The position numbers and the translations under genes were made by a program. From positions 800,001-864,000 of the forward strand of contig CAVSBL010000002.1 of the NCBI GenBank assembly GCA_963726255.1: DNA of 64,000 nucleotides. The letters run 5' to 3'. Source of the DNA: Candidatus Bathyarchaeota archaeon (GTDB lineage Archaea > Thermoproteota > Bathyarchaeia > 40CM-2-53-6). This document shows, in pieces, positions 39,231 through 50,000 of this stretch. Positions within the stretch are counted from its first letter, which is position 1, and each line of letters starts with the position of its first letter. Under the pieces are notes generated by a model. It saw only the letters and a list, made by a program, of their open reading frames with translations, was not told where the DNA came from and did no database searches.

Positions 39231-40094
39231 TCACCTTTTTGACTTGAGCCTTCTATGGACCCTAGCGACTCTTCCTTCTCCTATTCGCATGTGGAAGCTG
39301 ATTGCGGCAGCCGAGATGGCTAGTATAGCCACGCCACTAATGGCTAGAACCGTTAGCTGCTGTGATGAAGATAGACTTTCAGTTTGCAACGGGCCTACAT
39401 CTACGGTCAGTCCTGAGACATAACCAACCCAGTTACCGGGGTGACCCCTCGTTGTTCCCAACAGAAGGATGAAAGACAGCGACTGAGGCTTCTTCCAGCC
39501 CGCTTGATCATATTGCTTGGCGATATCAATTTCCCTTGGTGACCAAGCGTTCAGCGGCGTCTGGGTCAATACAATTCTGTGATGGGGAAATTGGAAGACT
39601 TGACTGGGTTCATCGGCGAATATGAACCACACCAAATTCGTTCCGTCGTTAACCTCGACACCAAACGCGTTCTCAGGGTTGTGGGTCGTGCTGTCGTACG
39701 CATATGTGAAGGTTGGAAAGACCCACATCGAAATCGTGGATCGAAAGAGAGTATCGAGCCCCTGGCCATTCAAATCTTGCCTGACGTGCAGGGTCGTCCA
39801 AACCGAAGTGTTGTTTTGGTTACTCCGCTCTACTCTCAGAGCGATCGAGTCGCGGTTTTGTACATTGAATTGGTAGATACTGACGTTGTCAAAGGCCCCT
39901 TTGATAATGTCAACTTGCCAAACGTATGGTTTGGTAATGTTGTTCGCGGGGTCAAGGGTCCAGAATTTCATGTTTGTGTTCAATAGTGGCGATGGTTGGT
40001 ACACTTGGCCGAAATAGGAAATGAAACTCAGGCTAATGATCAGAATACATACCGATAAAGCAACCACTACCACGGCCGGCCTGATTGCCTTCAT
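39231..40094 (-). CDS. Two-TM protein with extracellular beta-sandwich (carbohydrate-binding-like)
   Basis: N-terminal signal anchor, several N-x-S/T sequons, PLNAWS...IDI..Y...GW, C-terminal TM and basic tail. Confidence 0.65.
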   Translation of the reverse strand: MKAIRPAVVVVALSVCILIISLSFISYFGQVYQPSPLLNTNMKFWTLDPANNITKPYVWQVDIIKGAFDNVSIYQFNVQNRDSIALRVERSNQNNTSVWTTLHVRQDLNGQGLDTLFRSTISMWVFPTFTYAYDSTTHNPENAFGVEVNDGTNLVWFIFADEPSQVFQFPHHRIVLTQTPLNAWSPREIDIAKQYDQAGWKKPQSLSFILLLGTTRGHPGNWVGYVSGLTVDVGPLQTESLSSSQQLTVLAISGVAILAISAAAISFHMRIGEGRVARVHRRLKSKR

Positions 40095-41317
40095 CGTCCC
40101 GCCTTCTTATACAGCATAACTACGGACATCACTAGCAAGGGCGTCCAGAAGATGAAGTAGTTCTGTAAACCACGATAGGAGAACCAGAGTACAATTGCTG
40201 GGAAAGCCCAAACAGTTAGGGCGAGCTTTTCGAAGTAAGTGAAGTAGCATACTAGAAGGGCTCCGGCGACTGAGAGCGTTGCGATCAGGTAGAAGGTGGG
40301 GGGCAATGGTACGCCCGCCGCGAGGGTGATAAGAGATAACCCTTGACTCAAGACCACCAGGTTACCGAATGCTGGGGTCACCACCCCCGAATACCAAGCC
40401 CCGAAGTCAGCCAGCATGAAGCCTAGGTTCGGAATTATGAATGATGCTAGCGCGGAAATGGCGAAAGTCCCTGTTCGCTTCACCCGCCCTTTCAACGGCA
40501 AAGTTTGGTTGCTTTGCAGATACCAGACAAGAAGGAAGGGAGCCAATACCCAAGGTGTCTGCTTTATTGCACTAGCCACCCCGAACATGATTCCGGCGGT
40601 TCTAGGCCGGTCAACGTAAACCACCATTAGCACTAAGGGTAGAACCCAGAGAAAATCTGCCACTGATCCTGCGCTGAAGTTTACGGCCAAGTCTGAGCCT
40701 GCGAATAGTGGAATTAGCGCTAGGGGCCGAATCTCCTTCGGCGCCCACAAGTAGACCACGACGATGGACGCTATCTCGAAAATGTAAACGACAACCCTTC
40801 CGTCATGCAGCCCAAGCCAAACTACGGGAAGAAAAAGAAAAACTTGCAGCGCAGGATAGTTTAGCGTGCTAACCAAGCCCCCGTTGGGCGTAAGTGTGAT
40901 GAACTGTGGGTCTACGGAGAACATCGAGAGTGCGGACTGAAGGTCTTGAGTGTACGGGTTCACCCCATGGGAGAGTAGGATGGCCGAGTAATGTGCGAAG
41001 GCAAGCGCGTCAGTTTGGTATGCGCCTGGATATTCTACTTGGGTTATGACATACCAGCTCGCCATCGCCGCAAGAATCAGGGAAATCAAGGCAACGTTTC
41101 GGAGTTTCAGAATTGCATTAGTGTTCAAGGTTGCGAGGATGAAGAGACCAAACGCGGCTACGTAAGTCAAGAGCAGCAATGCCACGACTTCGGGATGTGT
41201 TACTATCCTTCCGCGTATCCAGTTCTGCAGTCCCTCTGCGAATATGAAGCCGGCTGCGAAGAGGAAGCTTATCCTTATGAGGAATTGCTCCTCAAGAACC
41301 AAACTACGCTTTGACAT
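40091..41317 (-). CDS. GT-C glycosyltransferase (GT87/PIG-M-like)
   Basis: TDA...Y.A..L..G.NPY, YPAL, D, G.A.AIKQTPW, NL.F, multi-TM. Confidence 0.8.
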   Translation of the reverse strand: MSKRSLVLEEQFLIRISFLFAAGFIFAEGLQNWIRGRIVTHPEVVALLLLTYVAAFGLFILATLNTNAILKLRNVALISLILAAMASWYVITQVEYPGAYQTDALAFAHYSAILLSHGVNPYTQDLQSALSMFSVDPQFITLTPNGGLVSTLNYPALQVFLFLPVVWLGLHDGRVVVYIFEIASIVVVYLWAPKEIRPLALIPLFAGSDLAVNFSAGSVADFLWVLPLVLMVVYVDRPRTAGIMFGVASAIKQTPWVLAPFLLVWYLQSNQTLPLKGRVKRTGTFAISALASFIIPNLGFMLADFGAWYSGVVTPAFGNLVVLSQGLSLITLAAGVPLPPTFYLIATLSVAGALLVCYFTYFEKLALTVWAFPAIVLWFSYRGLQNYFIFWTPLLVMSVVMLYKKAGR

Positions 41318-41320
41318 AAC

Positions 41321-43489
41321 TCAAGCCTTCCGTCGTCTTCCCCTTGTGAGCGACCAGGCAATTAGACCGGCACAGGTTAACAAGCTGACGATGGAAACAA
41401 CATTCCAAAGGTTGCTCGCCGGTTCTTGGTAGATTGTGACTTGTCGAGTGTCAGCCGGAATTTGTAGCATGATGTAGTTTGTGCCGGGTTGACTCTTGAC
41501 GGGCAGCGTTTGCCCATCTGCTTTTGCGGCCCATGTTGGGAAATAGGCCTCCTTCACGATTAACGTATTTCTGCTGGGAATGGGTTTGAGGTTCAGAATG
41601 ATGATATCCGGGTTTGGGCGTGTGACGTTCTCCAATGGCTGCGGACCGGAGTCAACGAGCGATGGCACCTGTATTGCCTTGTAAATTTTCAAGTCGACTT
41701 TTCCATATGGCACGGTCAGCTGCTCATTGAAGGGCGCGTCCTTCATGATCCTGTCTGCCAGCGTCCCGTTATCACCTATGATAACCCATGTTGCGTCAAG
41801 TTGAGTAGCTTCTGAAACGAGCTTTTGCCAATTGTTCAAGCGTACTGTATCGTTGGCGGCAGTTTCCAAGTCATCGAGTCTGTAGTCATTTATGTCAACG
41901 AGTTGGGTGACCAGTTTGGTTTGTGGGTACCATCCATCAACGATCGGTTTGTCGATGTAGTTGGGGAGAACGTAAATCCAGAAGGGTACGTTGAAGGCTA
42001 GAATCCTTCCCGGCGATGGGTCATTTTGGAAGTAGTGTATCATCATGGGCGGGATTTCTGCGTTCGCTGTGGAGTAGGGTAGCACGAGGTTGACGTCGTG
42101 GTTGAAGGCATAATTCATCTTCAGCAAGACCCCAGCGCTGATTGGAGCGACCACCAAGGCGAGTAGAAAGACTGCGGCCAGCGGCTTCCAAGTATGAAGC
42201 TTCGAAATGCTTCTGAGGAATCCCCAAGCAGCAAGAATGCTCATGGGAAGGGCTAGGTATAGCCATATTCTGTAGACGTCCATGGTCTTCACCCAAACTG
42301 CGCTAATGTATGGAAGCTGAAGGATTGGCAGAGCGTAGTATCCTAGGCCGAGCCAGAGGAAGAGGATGAACCACACCGTCAAGAAAATGGAGCCATTCAC
42401 GCGCGACAAGATCCGCCGAACGTGACTGGAAAGAATCAGTTGCCCGAGGAAAACTACGAAAGAACCCGCGACAACCACTTCTCCCAAAGTCCGCAGGCCA
42501 ACACTACTGACGACCTCTCCTGCCTGAAACAATGCCATCCCACTCAGCAGAATTGGGAAGAAAATCATCGGCTTCATTGGAATGCGTCGCCCGAACTTGC
42601 GCCCGATGATTGATTGTATCCCGATAGCGGCAAGAATGAATTGTGCGATTCCCAGAAGGTAAGAGGCCACGTCGAAGCCGAAGTACGTGAACCTTAGGAA
42701 CGGGAACGTTACGTTCCTGTTATAGAATTGATTCGCCGAGAACAAATCGAATGACATTAGGAAGGGGGCAAGCCAAAAGGCCGTGACCCCAGCTGTTCCT
42801 ATCCCGACAAGAATGAGTTTCAGTAACGGCCTGGTCAAGCCCTGTTTTCCCAGCATAAGTAGAACCATTAGGACAGCGACTATTCCGGCGATCAGCGCCG
42901 AGAGATGATGTGTAAGGAGTAGGGCCGACATGGTTAGAATCGCACCTAATCCATAAACTGGACTGGCCTGCTTCTCGAGGAACTTGTGGAACATTATGAT
43001 GAAAACACAGAAGATCGGGATGGCAATCACGGTCGGGAACCTATCAAAGAAGATGTAGTTTTCTACAACTTCAGGAACGACGCTGAAGAGCAGGGCAGCC
43101 AAGGCGTTTAGGCCTTTGCTGAAGCCCAACTCATCCGCGAGAAAGTAGACTCCCACTGGTGCGAGCCAGTACCCGACTGCGTCGACCAACTTGTATGAGA
43201 GGAGTGAATCTAACCCGAGCAGCGAAACTCCCGCCGTTATGTAATAGCCCAGCGGTGGGTAGAGCAAAAGCGCAGGTGACCCACCATACCAATCGGGGCT
43301 CCAAAATGGGAAAACGCCCTGCCTCCACCAGTACTGGAGGAACAGTATCTTGTAGAGGTGGCTGGTCGTATCGACACCCATTGGAATACCGCCACCGAAG
43401 CGAGGTATCGTAACAGCGATCGAAATCAGTATGGCCCCAATCATCAAGTAGATAGAATTCCTATTGAGGAATACTTCGAGGATGTCCAT
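41321..43489 (-). CDS. GT-C superfamily membrane protein (PTPS-related membrane domain / YfhO-like)
   Basis: G.D...H..K, WSPDWYGG.P....YPPL, LLTHH, AFWL.P, C-terminal soluble domain with EAYFPTW.A..DG. Confidence 0.8.
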   Translation of the reverse strand: MDILEVFLNRNSIYLMIGAILISIAVTIPRFGGGIPMGVDTTSHLYKILFLQYWWRQGVFPFWSPDWYGGSPALLLYPPLGYYITAGVSLLGLDSLLSYKLVDAVGYWLAPVGVYFLADELGFSKGLNALAALLFSVVPEVVENYIFFDRFPTVIAIPIFCVFIIMFHKFLEKQASPVYGLGAILTMSALLLTHHLSALIAGIVAVLMVLLMLGKQGLTRPLLKLILVGIGTAGVTAFWLAPFLMSFDLFSANQFYNRNVTFPFLRFTYFGFDVASYLLGIAQFILAAIGIQSIIGRKFGRRIPMKPMIFFPILLSGMALFQAGEVVSSVGLRTLGEVVVAGSFVVFLGQLILSSHVRRILSRVNGSIFLTVWFILFLWLGLGYYALPILQLPYISAVWVKTMDVYRIWLYLALPMSILAAWGFLRSISKLHTWKPLAAVFLLALVVAPISAGVLLKMNYAFNHDVNLVLPYSTANAEIPPMMIHYFQNDPSPGRILAFNVPFWIYVLPNYIDKPIVDGWYPQTKLVTQLVDINDYRLDDLETAANDTVRLNNWQKLVSEATQLDATWVIIGDNGTLADRIMKDAPFNEQLTVPYGKVDLKIYKAIQVPSLVDSGPQPLENVTRPNPDIIILNLKPIPSRNTLIVKEAYFPTWAAKADGQTLPVKSQPGTNYIMLQIPADTRQVTIYQEPASNLWNVVSIVSLLTCAGLIAWSLTRGRRRKA

Positions 43490-43509
43490 TCTTCGTTTCG
43501 CTGGCAGGT

Positions 43510-44262
43510 TTAGAGGCCCCCGGAATCCTTCCCAGGCTTCCTCGCAGTCGGCCTGGAATTGTATATGGGGTTGAGAAGGATAATGGTGAAGGCCGCACCC
43601 ACGACTAATGCGAGTACTAGGTAGGCATCGATTGTTTCTTGTGCGAAGAATACATGCGGGGAGAAAGACCTCGGTAGGTATTGCGTTATGCTACGCCCGG
43701 TCTCTGTGTCTTCCCACAATACAACGCCTGTCTCCTTATTTATGAACTGAAACGTTGTGGTTCCCGCGCCCGCCAGCATTAGGTAAACCGATACGCTCGT
43801 TATGTCCAGGTTTACGTCGAGTACTACGTCCGCGAACATCTTGGAATGCTTGAAATCATTATTGCCTTTGAAGAATCCGATAATGTCACCCGTCCTCGTA
43901 ACCGTTGAGTTGTACATTACGTCCAGGAAAGTGAGGCCATAGCCGGCGTCTATTCGGTCGTCGCTATCATTGCCCAGGAGCCACCCGTGAGAATGAAACG
44001 CGAGAATTCGGATGCCGTTGAGGTTGGTGCCGTAAAAGTCGTTGAACATTATGCGCGCCCAATCGGCGGTCGAGTCCATGACTATCCGTACTTCGGGTGT
44101 TTTCTGCCACCCAGTTGACGCTATGTCGCTACGAGGATTCGTTCGGAGAAAACGTACCATGACGAGGGTTGAACCAAGAATGATTAGCACTAGGATGGAA
44201 ATGAGAACAACTCCCTTCAGGATCGACCCCTCGTGCTTTCGGATTACTTCACGCTTGCTCAT
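43510..44262 (-). CDS. Hypothetical two-TM protein with extracellular domain
   Basis: Hydrophobic helices near both ends; lies in the operon. Confidence 0.65.
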   Translation of the reverse strand: MSKREVIRKHEGSILKGVVLISILVLIILGSTLVMVRFLRTNPRSDIASTGWQKTPEVRIVMDSTADWARIMFNDFYGTNLNGIRILAFHSHGWLLGNDSDDRIDAGYGLTFLDVMYNSTVTRTGDIIGFFKGNNDFKHSKMFADVVLDVNLDITSVSVYLMLAGAGTTTFQFINKETGVVLWEDTETGRSITQYLPRSFSPHVFFAQETIDAYLVLALVVGAAFTIILLNPIYNSRPTARKPGKDSGGL

Positions 44263-44349
44263 GCTCCCCGCCTCTAGGTACTAGTCTCAAGCCCGAGCAC
44301 CAATTTGGTTGGAAGACTAGGCAGTATGAAAACTTCCAACTGAGAACTG

Positions 44350-45141
44350 CTAAAACACTTTGTCCTTTGGAAAGACCTCTACGCCTGACGGACCAATTTG
44401 ATACGGGCGGAGTTGGGCGTCGTGGCTTATGCCTCGCATCTTCTCGACCTGCAAGCCTCGAATCACGTTTCCGTCGTGTACCATCGTGTGAAGCAGCACC
44501 ACGCCTTGGGATAGGTATTCTTCGAGTTGAAATCGCCGGGCGAGCATTGACGTGCGGAGTTCGGTGGTTACGATGCAGGAACATCCGGTTGATTCGAGCG
44601 CGTCGAAGAACAGTAGCAGTGCCCGCCTTCGCTTTGCCTCTTCAGGATAGCGGAGCATCAGCGAGGTTATCGGGTCGACTACGATCCTTTGCGTTCCTTC
44701 TTCCGCTGCAACACGCCTAATGGTTCGAACAAGTGATCCTAAGGTTAATTCTGGGATGGTTAGGCTCACAGGGTTTTCCGAGTCAAGGGTTGGTTGGGTG
44801 ATCCGCTGCCCCGGCCGTTTAAGTTGGGTGGCGTCTATGAAGGTGAGCTTCCCGGCATCCTCAAGGGAGTCTAAATTCCAGCCGAATGATGAGAGGTTAG
44901 CTTTGACGTGTTCAGGCTTCTCATCTAATGAGACATAGAGGCCCGGTTCCCCAGCCTTCGCTCCACCAACTAGGAACTGTACCGCGAAGGTTGTTTTTCC
45001 TGACCCTGGGCTTCCGACAACTAAGATGGTTCTAGCTTTTGGTAGGCCGCCATTTAGCACTTCATCGAACCCCCTGACGCCCGTAACGACCCGGTCCACT
45101 TCATTCATCCTCGTAGCGTCATGACGTTCACCTAGACCCAT
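44350..45141 (-). CDS. KaiC/RAD55-like single-domain ATPase
   Basis: TGVRGFDEVL.GG, GSPGSGKT, SLDE, VVDP, TTE, VEKMRG. Confidence 0.9.
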   Translation of the reverse strand: MGLGERHDATRMNEVDRVVTGVRGFDEVLNGGLPKARTILVVGSPGSGKTTFAVQFLVGGAKAGEPGLYVSLDEKPEHVKANLSSFGWNLDSLEDAGKLTFIDATQLKRPGQRITQPTLDSENPVSLTIPELTLGSLVRTIRRVAAEEGTQRIVVDPITSLMLRYPEEAKRRRALLLFFDALESTGCSCIVTTELRTSMLARRFQLEEYLSQGVVLLHTMVHDGNVIRGLQVEKMRGISHDAQLRPYQIGPSGVEVFPKDKVF

Positions 45142-45229
45142 TATTTACTTCAGTGGTTCTTGCATAGCCCCAGCCCCATAACAGCTTAAATCGTCCAATG
45201 CAGGCCTAGGAACGCAGGCCGATAATTCG

Positions 45230-46735
45230 ATGAGGTTTTCAGTGATCTTCCTGTTGGCGCTAGCGGTGGTGCCCGCATTTGTGCCAATTAACATCGCCGT
45301 TAGTTCGCCTCTTGATATCGAGGGTCGGATTCTGCGCGCAATCAAGTTCGCTGAGAGTCAATATCATAGTGGCGGGGCTGTTTCTGGATACCTTCACGAC
45401 GAAAACGGTTCTCAGATGCAGTCGTATACGGAAGACAATTCATTGGTTGCCCTGGCGCTGTCCGCATACCAGGAAACTCATTTTTCTGCAACCTACTATG
45501 CGCAGCTGCAGAAGGCGGTAGAATTCGTGACAGCCGCCCAGGCGCCAGACGGTGATTTCTACCAATACTACGACTTTGGAAACGGGGCATGGAAATCCGC
45601 TGGGAAATTCTACTATTGGAATTCCATTGTTCTGATGAGCCTTGCATACGCCGCCTTTACGATTACTACTCAGATTAGTTCCGAAAGTTTCTTTTGGTCT
45701 CCAATAGTTAAGAAGCTACGTTCATGCGTTGACATCTGGCTTCCCGGTTCCCTGAGCCAAAACGGGAGCATCATATTCGCGTTTCCTGACGGCTCTCGAG
45801 CTACCGACGTGAGGTACCAAGGAGCGCTCTTGATGGGGCTGATCTACCTGGCAGCTTTCGAATACTATTGGGGGAGCCGAGATGTTGCAGTCCGGTATGC
45901 TGGATATTCTCGACTCATGGCGACTTGGCTCTATTCCTTGCAGGAGCGTAACATGTCAAGCTGGGGACGGGGCGGCTTCTACTCGAACGCTTCGATGAGC
46001 CTGCAAACGAGTGAGGAGAACGCGTTCGCGATGTTCGGATTGAACAGTTACTACAAAGGAATCGGCTTGATGATGCCGAGCCAGCGATCCGAACTGAATG
46101 GCATGCGCGGCCTGATGCAGAGCTGGGAGGAAGGTTACGTGGAGAATGTCACAGACACCTACGGGGCAGTGTCATTTGGACGCAATGTGGATGGCGTCGT
46201 GTTGTACCCGAGGCTAACATGGACGACCTCCGCGACGCTGGCAGATACAGTCGACGTCTGGATTAACCTCGGCCCTGCAAGATACTGGAACGATTCAAGC
46301 CGGATCTACGCTTGGCTGACAGGAAGTAATGAGCGATCGACAGACATGCAGACCCCGGAGGGAAACTTCTACGAAGAGGAGCCCGTTGCTGGAAGCCCGC
46401 TGCGCCCATCAGACTTGGCAGTTGCCATGCTCGCCCTTTACTCAATCATCAGAACAGCGTTTGTCAAGATCCCAGGCACATACCCGGTTTCGAATTCTAA
46501 CCCCAAGTTCACTAGGACCTCAACCTCAACCTCAACCCCTCCCGCAGTCACTGAGCCAACAACGAGCACAGCTCAAGAGACGCCAGCCAAGACAACAAAC
46601 CTTACTCTTTACACGGTAGCAGCGATAGTTGTCGTTCTAGGAGCCTTGGCAGGATTGTTCGCTCTTCGATTGAGCGCAAAGAAAAAACACAAACGTCCGG
46701 TAAGTCGACGCTCGACACGCTCACACAAACGATAG
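45230..46735 (+). CDS. Secreted, C-terminally anchored protein with probable (alpha/alpha) toroid fold and Ser/Thr-rich stalk
   Basis: Signal peptide, helical repeats (Q..DG.F, WL...Q...GGF), TRTSTSTSTPP linker, TM and KKKHKR tail. Confidence 0.65.
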   Translation: MRFSVIFLLALAVVPAFVPINIAVSSPLDIEGRILRAIKFAESQYHSGGAVSGYLHDENGSQMQSYTEDNSLVALALSAYQETHFSATYYAQLQKAVEFVTAAQAPDGDFYQYYDFGNGAWKSAGKFYYWNSIVLMSLAYAAFTITTQISSESFFWSPIVKKLRSCVDIWLPGSLSQNGSIIFAFPDGSRATDVRYQGALLMGLIYLAAFEYYWGSRDVAVRYAGYSRLMATWLYSLQERNMSSWGRGGFYSNASMSLQTSEENAFAMFGLNSYYKGIGLMMPSQRSELNGMRGLMQSWEEGYVENVTDTYGAVSFGRNVDGVVLYPRLTWTTSATLADTVDVWINLGPARYWNDSSRIYAWLTGSNERSTDMQTPEGNFYEEEPVAGSPLRPSDLAVAMLALYSIIRTAFVKIPGTYPVSNSNPKFTRTSTSTSTPPAVTEPTTSTAQETPAKTTNLTLYTVAAIVVVLGALAGLFALRLSAKKKHKRPVSRRSTRSHKR

Positions 46736-46965
46736 CTAGGCACAGTGCAGCCCAGTCCTAGCCTACTTGTTTGCTCCTCTTCGAGGCGCGCTGAAAACAA
46801 CTCGCCCGTGACTTGGCGTGTTACACGCCCAGATTGTTGTTTTCTCACCCGGTCGGATGATCAACGTAAGTAGAACCAACTGGTTATTGATGAATTGAAG
46901 CGCGACGTTCCCGCGCGGGAGCGTTCCGAAGTCTAGGGTATAGACTGGCGTCTTAGGAGCTTTGG

Positions 46966-46988
46966 AATAAGAAAAAGGGGAAGGGAGT
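46966..46988 (-). terminator. Pyrimidine-tract terminator of the large surface protein gene
   Basis: CTCCCTTCCCCTTTTTCTT on the - strand after the stop. Confidence 0.55.
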
Positions 46989-47007
46989 TTCTACGTGCGC
47001 AGTCGCC

Positions 47008-50000
47008 TTAGCGGCGTCTGCGTCGTAGTAGGTATAGTGATGCTGCTAGGGCTGAGAATGCCACAATTGCGATTCCGCTGAATTCTGGGACTGGAATGTT
47101 GCTTTGTTCCAAGTAGAGTTGTTGGCCTGTTCCTACACCTGAGGATTGGCCTGCTGTTACGACGATGCTCCACGATTGCGAAGCAATGCCCGGCGCTGCG
47201 ATCGTTAGACTGTACGATCCAGGCGCTAGGTAGCCTTCGTAGATGCCGTCGTAGGTGTACTGGTGGAAGGTCCATTTGCCGTCTGCGCTAGCCATCGTCA
47301 CGCTAGCCCAGCTGAGTGGTCTGAACTCGTTGCTCCATGAGAAGGCCCACGCTGAGCCTGACACGTAGCCTGCGAGGTCAAGTTCGAATACTCCGCTGAC
47401 TTCACCGCTTAGGTGAGCGTTGGATAGTTGCCAGACTCCTTGTTGCTCGTACGGACCAAGGTGGTTACGCTCCATTCCTGGTGCTGCGAGTCCAAGGAAC
47501 GCACTGTTCTCGGCGCCGTCCTCAGTCAAGCTTACGCCTGACGTAGCTGTGGTGCCGGGGATTATGTGGAACGACTCACCTTGCAGTAAGCCGATCACTG
47601 GCGGGTAGTATTGTGGAACGATGCCTGTGTTGTTAGCGTACCAGTTGACGAAGTCGGTTTCAACAGTCCAGCTTCCGGTATAGTCCGGTGCACCTGATAT
47701 GCCGTTGTTGACAAACCAGGGTGTCGGGTAACCTAAGCCCGGGCCTGTGCAGTCCGGTTCGAAGTCGCAGTTGATAGCCGTGTTCGCGAAGACTGGGTCA
47801 CCCCACTCCCACGTGTATCCGTCCGAGAAGGTCGGATTGAGGCCTGCTATTACGACGTGGAGGTTGGTGACTCCGCCGGGTAGATAGTTGAAGCCTGACG
47901 GGTCTGCACCATAGAAGTTTCCGTCCCATGGGTACTTGCAAATTGTTTCAGCGGTTCCCACGTAGAAATCGCCGCATTGCGCTGAGGTCGCAGTTCCTGG
48001 TCCCGTGACGTAGGTGCCTTCACTGGTCATCCATTCGCCTTGAAGGACGCCTGAGTCGTCGAAGACGCGGACTCTCGCTGACATGTTGAACGGCGTTGGC
48101 GTTATGACATGCTCTTTCTTGAAGAGTATGTCCAACGTGACGTTCACGCCGATCAGCATGTTCACTTTGATGTCTGCGATTTCGCCCTTGTTTGCGTAGA
48201 CACAGAACTGCTTGTCTTGGACGTAGCCGTAGGTCCATCCTGCGATGCAGTACTGGCCGGAGTCGAGTGCGGTAGGCTTGTAGAAGCCGGTGTGGCTCCA
48301 AGTGTTGATGACGCTAGTTGTCCAGCCGAAGCCTCCAACCATTGAAGACAGTGCTGTTGGGTCTGCGCCGTATGCGCTGCCCGTGCCCCCGGTCGACGCG
48401 TAGCTTGTGTATCCGCCAACGTCTGCGTGGCCATCTAGTGCAGCACCTAGGGGTTCTGTACCGAACCAGACTCCGTTGGCATTACCGATGCCTAAGCCTG
48501 GAACCTCATAGGAGCTGGAATTGGATTCTTGGTCAGTGAATGGTTGAGTATTGCCGTAGTCTGGACCTAAGCCACCAAACGCGCCACCTGGGAGCTGAAT
48601 ACCATTGTAATTGGTTAAGCCTCCAGTTACTCCGTTTCCGCCCCAGCAGGTGAAGCATATTTGGTTGACTTGGTTCCCGTTGCTGTCTAGCACTACGAAG
48701 TCGATTTCAGCGCCGTCCCACACCCAGTTTCTGTTGACTCTGGGTCTCTCCCAGTCGATGCTGTAGGCCGTGATGTTGAGGCCTACGCCCCGATACATGT
48801 GGTCGCTGATGTATGTTGGGTTCCCGCTGAGAGTTACGGAAACTTGTTCGAAGGTTTGCTGTAAGTATCCTTGCACCCACACCTTCGGGGTGTACGTGCC
48901 GGCGGGGATACCGTAATTGTCGCCGATCCATGTGTCGTTGAAGCCGTAGAAAGTGATGAAGCAGCTCTTAATCAGCGGAGTGCATGCACCGCTGGTCGCG
49001 GAAAGTGCAGTGACGTTCCATGAAGCTATGCTGGCTGACTTACTGGGGTCCCCGTATGGGCCGCCGTAGAGTCCACCAACCATGAAGGGGTCTTCCGAGT
49101 TGTTGGCCCCTGTGCTCATGGGGTCTTCGTTAATGGTGCCTGCCAGGTCGTGGAAGTGAACAGTCTTGTTCACCCAGCTGCTCAAGCGGAGGTCGATTGG
49201 TACTGTAATGTCACCCGCCCATTCTTGCGGTGTGACATCGATTGGGTATTCCTGGAAGGTTGCACCGTCAAGCGCGGATTGCACATACCTGAAGGTCCAT
49301 GCTCGCACATAGTATCTTCCAGGCGTTAGCCCGTTGACCCATGTGGCGAACAGTTGCGGAACGTGCCCGTCCATGTCCCTTGGTGCTCCGAACTCGCCTT
49401 TCATGCCGAATTCGAAGTGGAATGGATCGCTCGTACCGCCCTTCACGAACCAGTTCTGTGCTGGCCCAACTCCTTGTGGGTCAGTTGTCAGCATTCCGGT
49501 GTTGTCACCGGCGCTTGGAATCGCAGCGGGGAACGACGCACTCTGGAGCTGTGGATCCGCAGACAGTGAGAAGTCGTAGGTGTAGCCGTTGCTCATTCCT
49601 GGAAATCCGTCGGAGGTCAGCCATTCATGCCATGGGAAGGCAATCTGGCTGGCAAACCGTGGGTCTCCTACGTGGTTTGAGTTGGACTTAGCGCAACCCT
49701 GCGCATCGGTCCCGCCACGCCACACATCTTGGCCCGCTGCAACGCATGGAAGCGGAGACCAAGACACTGGTACGAGAGCGTTGCCCGAGGAGTCTTGTGG
49801 TGCGTGGTTGTTGGTTGGTTGGTCGTATAGCTCGATTTTCATGTACGCTGTGTACGGCCATGGTTCAATTCCAAACTGGTGTTTGGAGTTGACATCGCCG
49901 TGAATTACTGCCCCCGGTTGTAGGTATCCATCAAAGTGCAGCGACTGTCCCTTAAGAACAGTCACGCCTGATGCGATAACTACCTGCGGGTACCCTGCCG

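Noticed and set aside
46518-46538. (TCAACC)x3 tandem repeat
   Set aside because: Encodes the Ser/Thr linker; not a CRISPR array or contingency locus.
46740-46965. Possible sRNA (short hairpins, TGATGA) between convergent genes
   Set aside because: No properly placed C and D box pair, and the hairpins are short enough to occur by chance.
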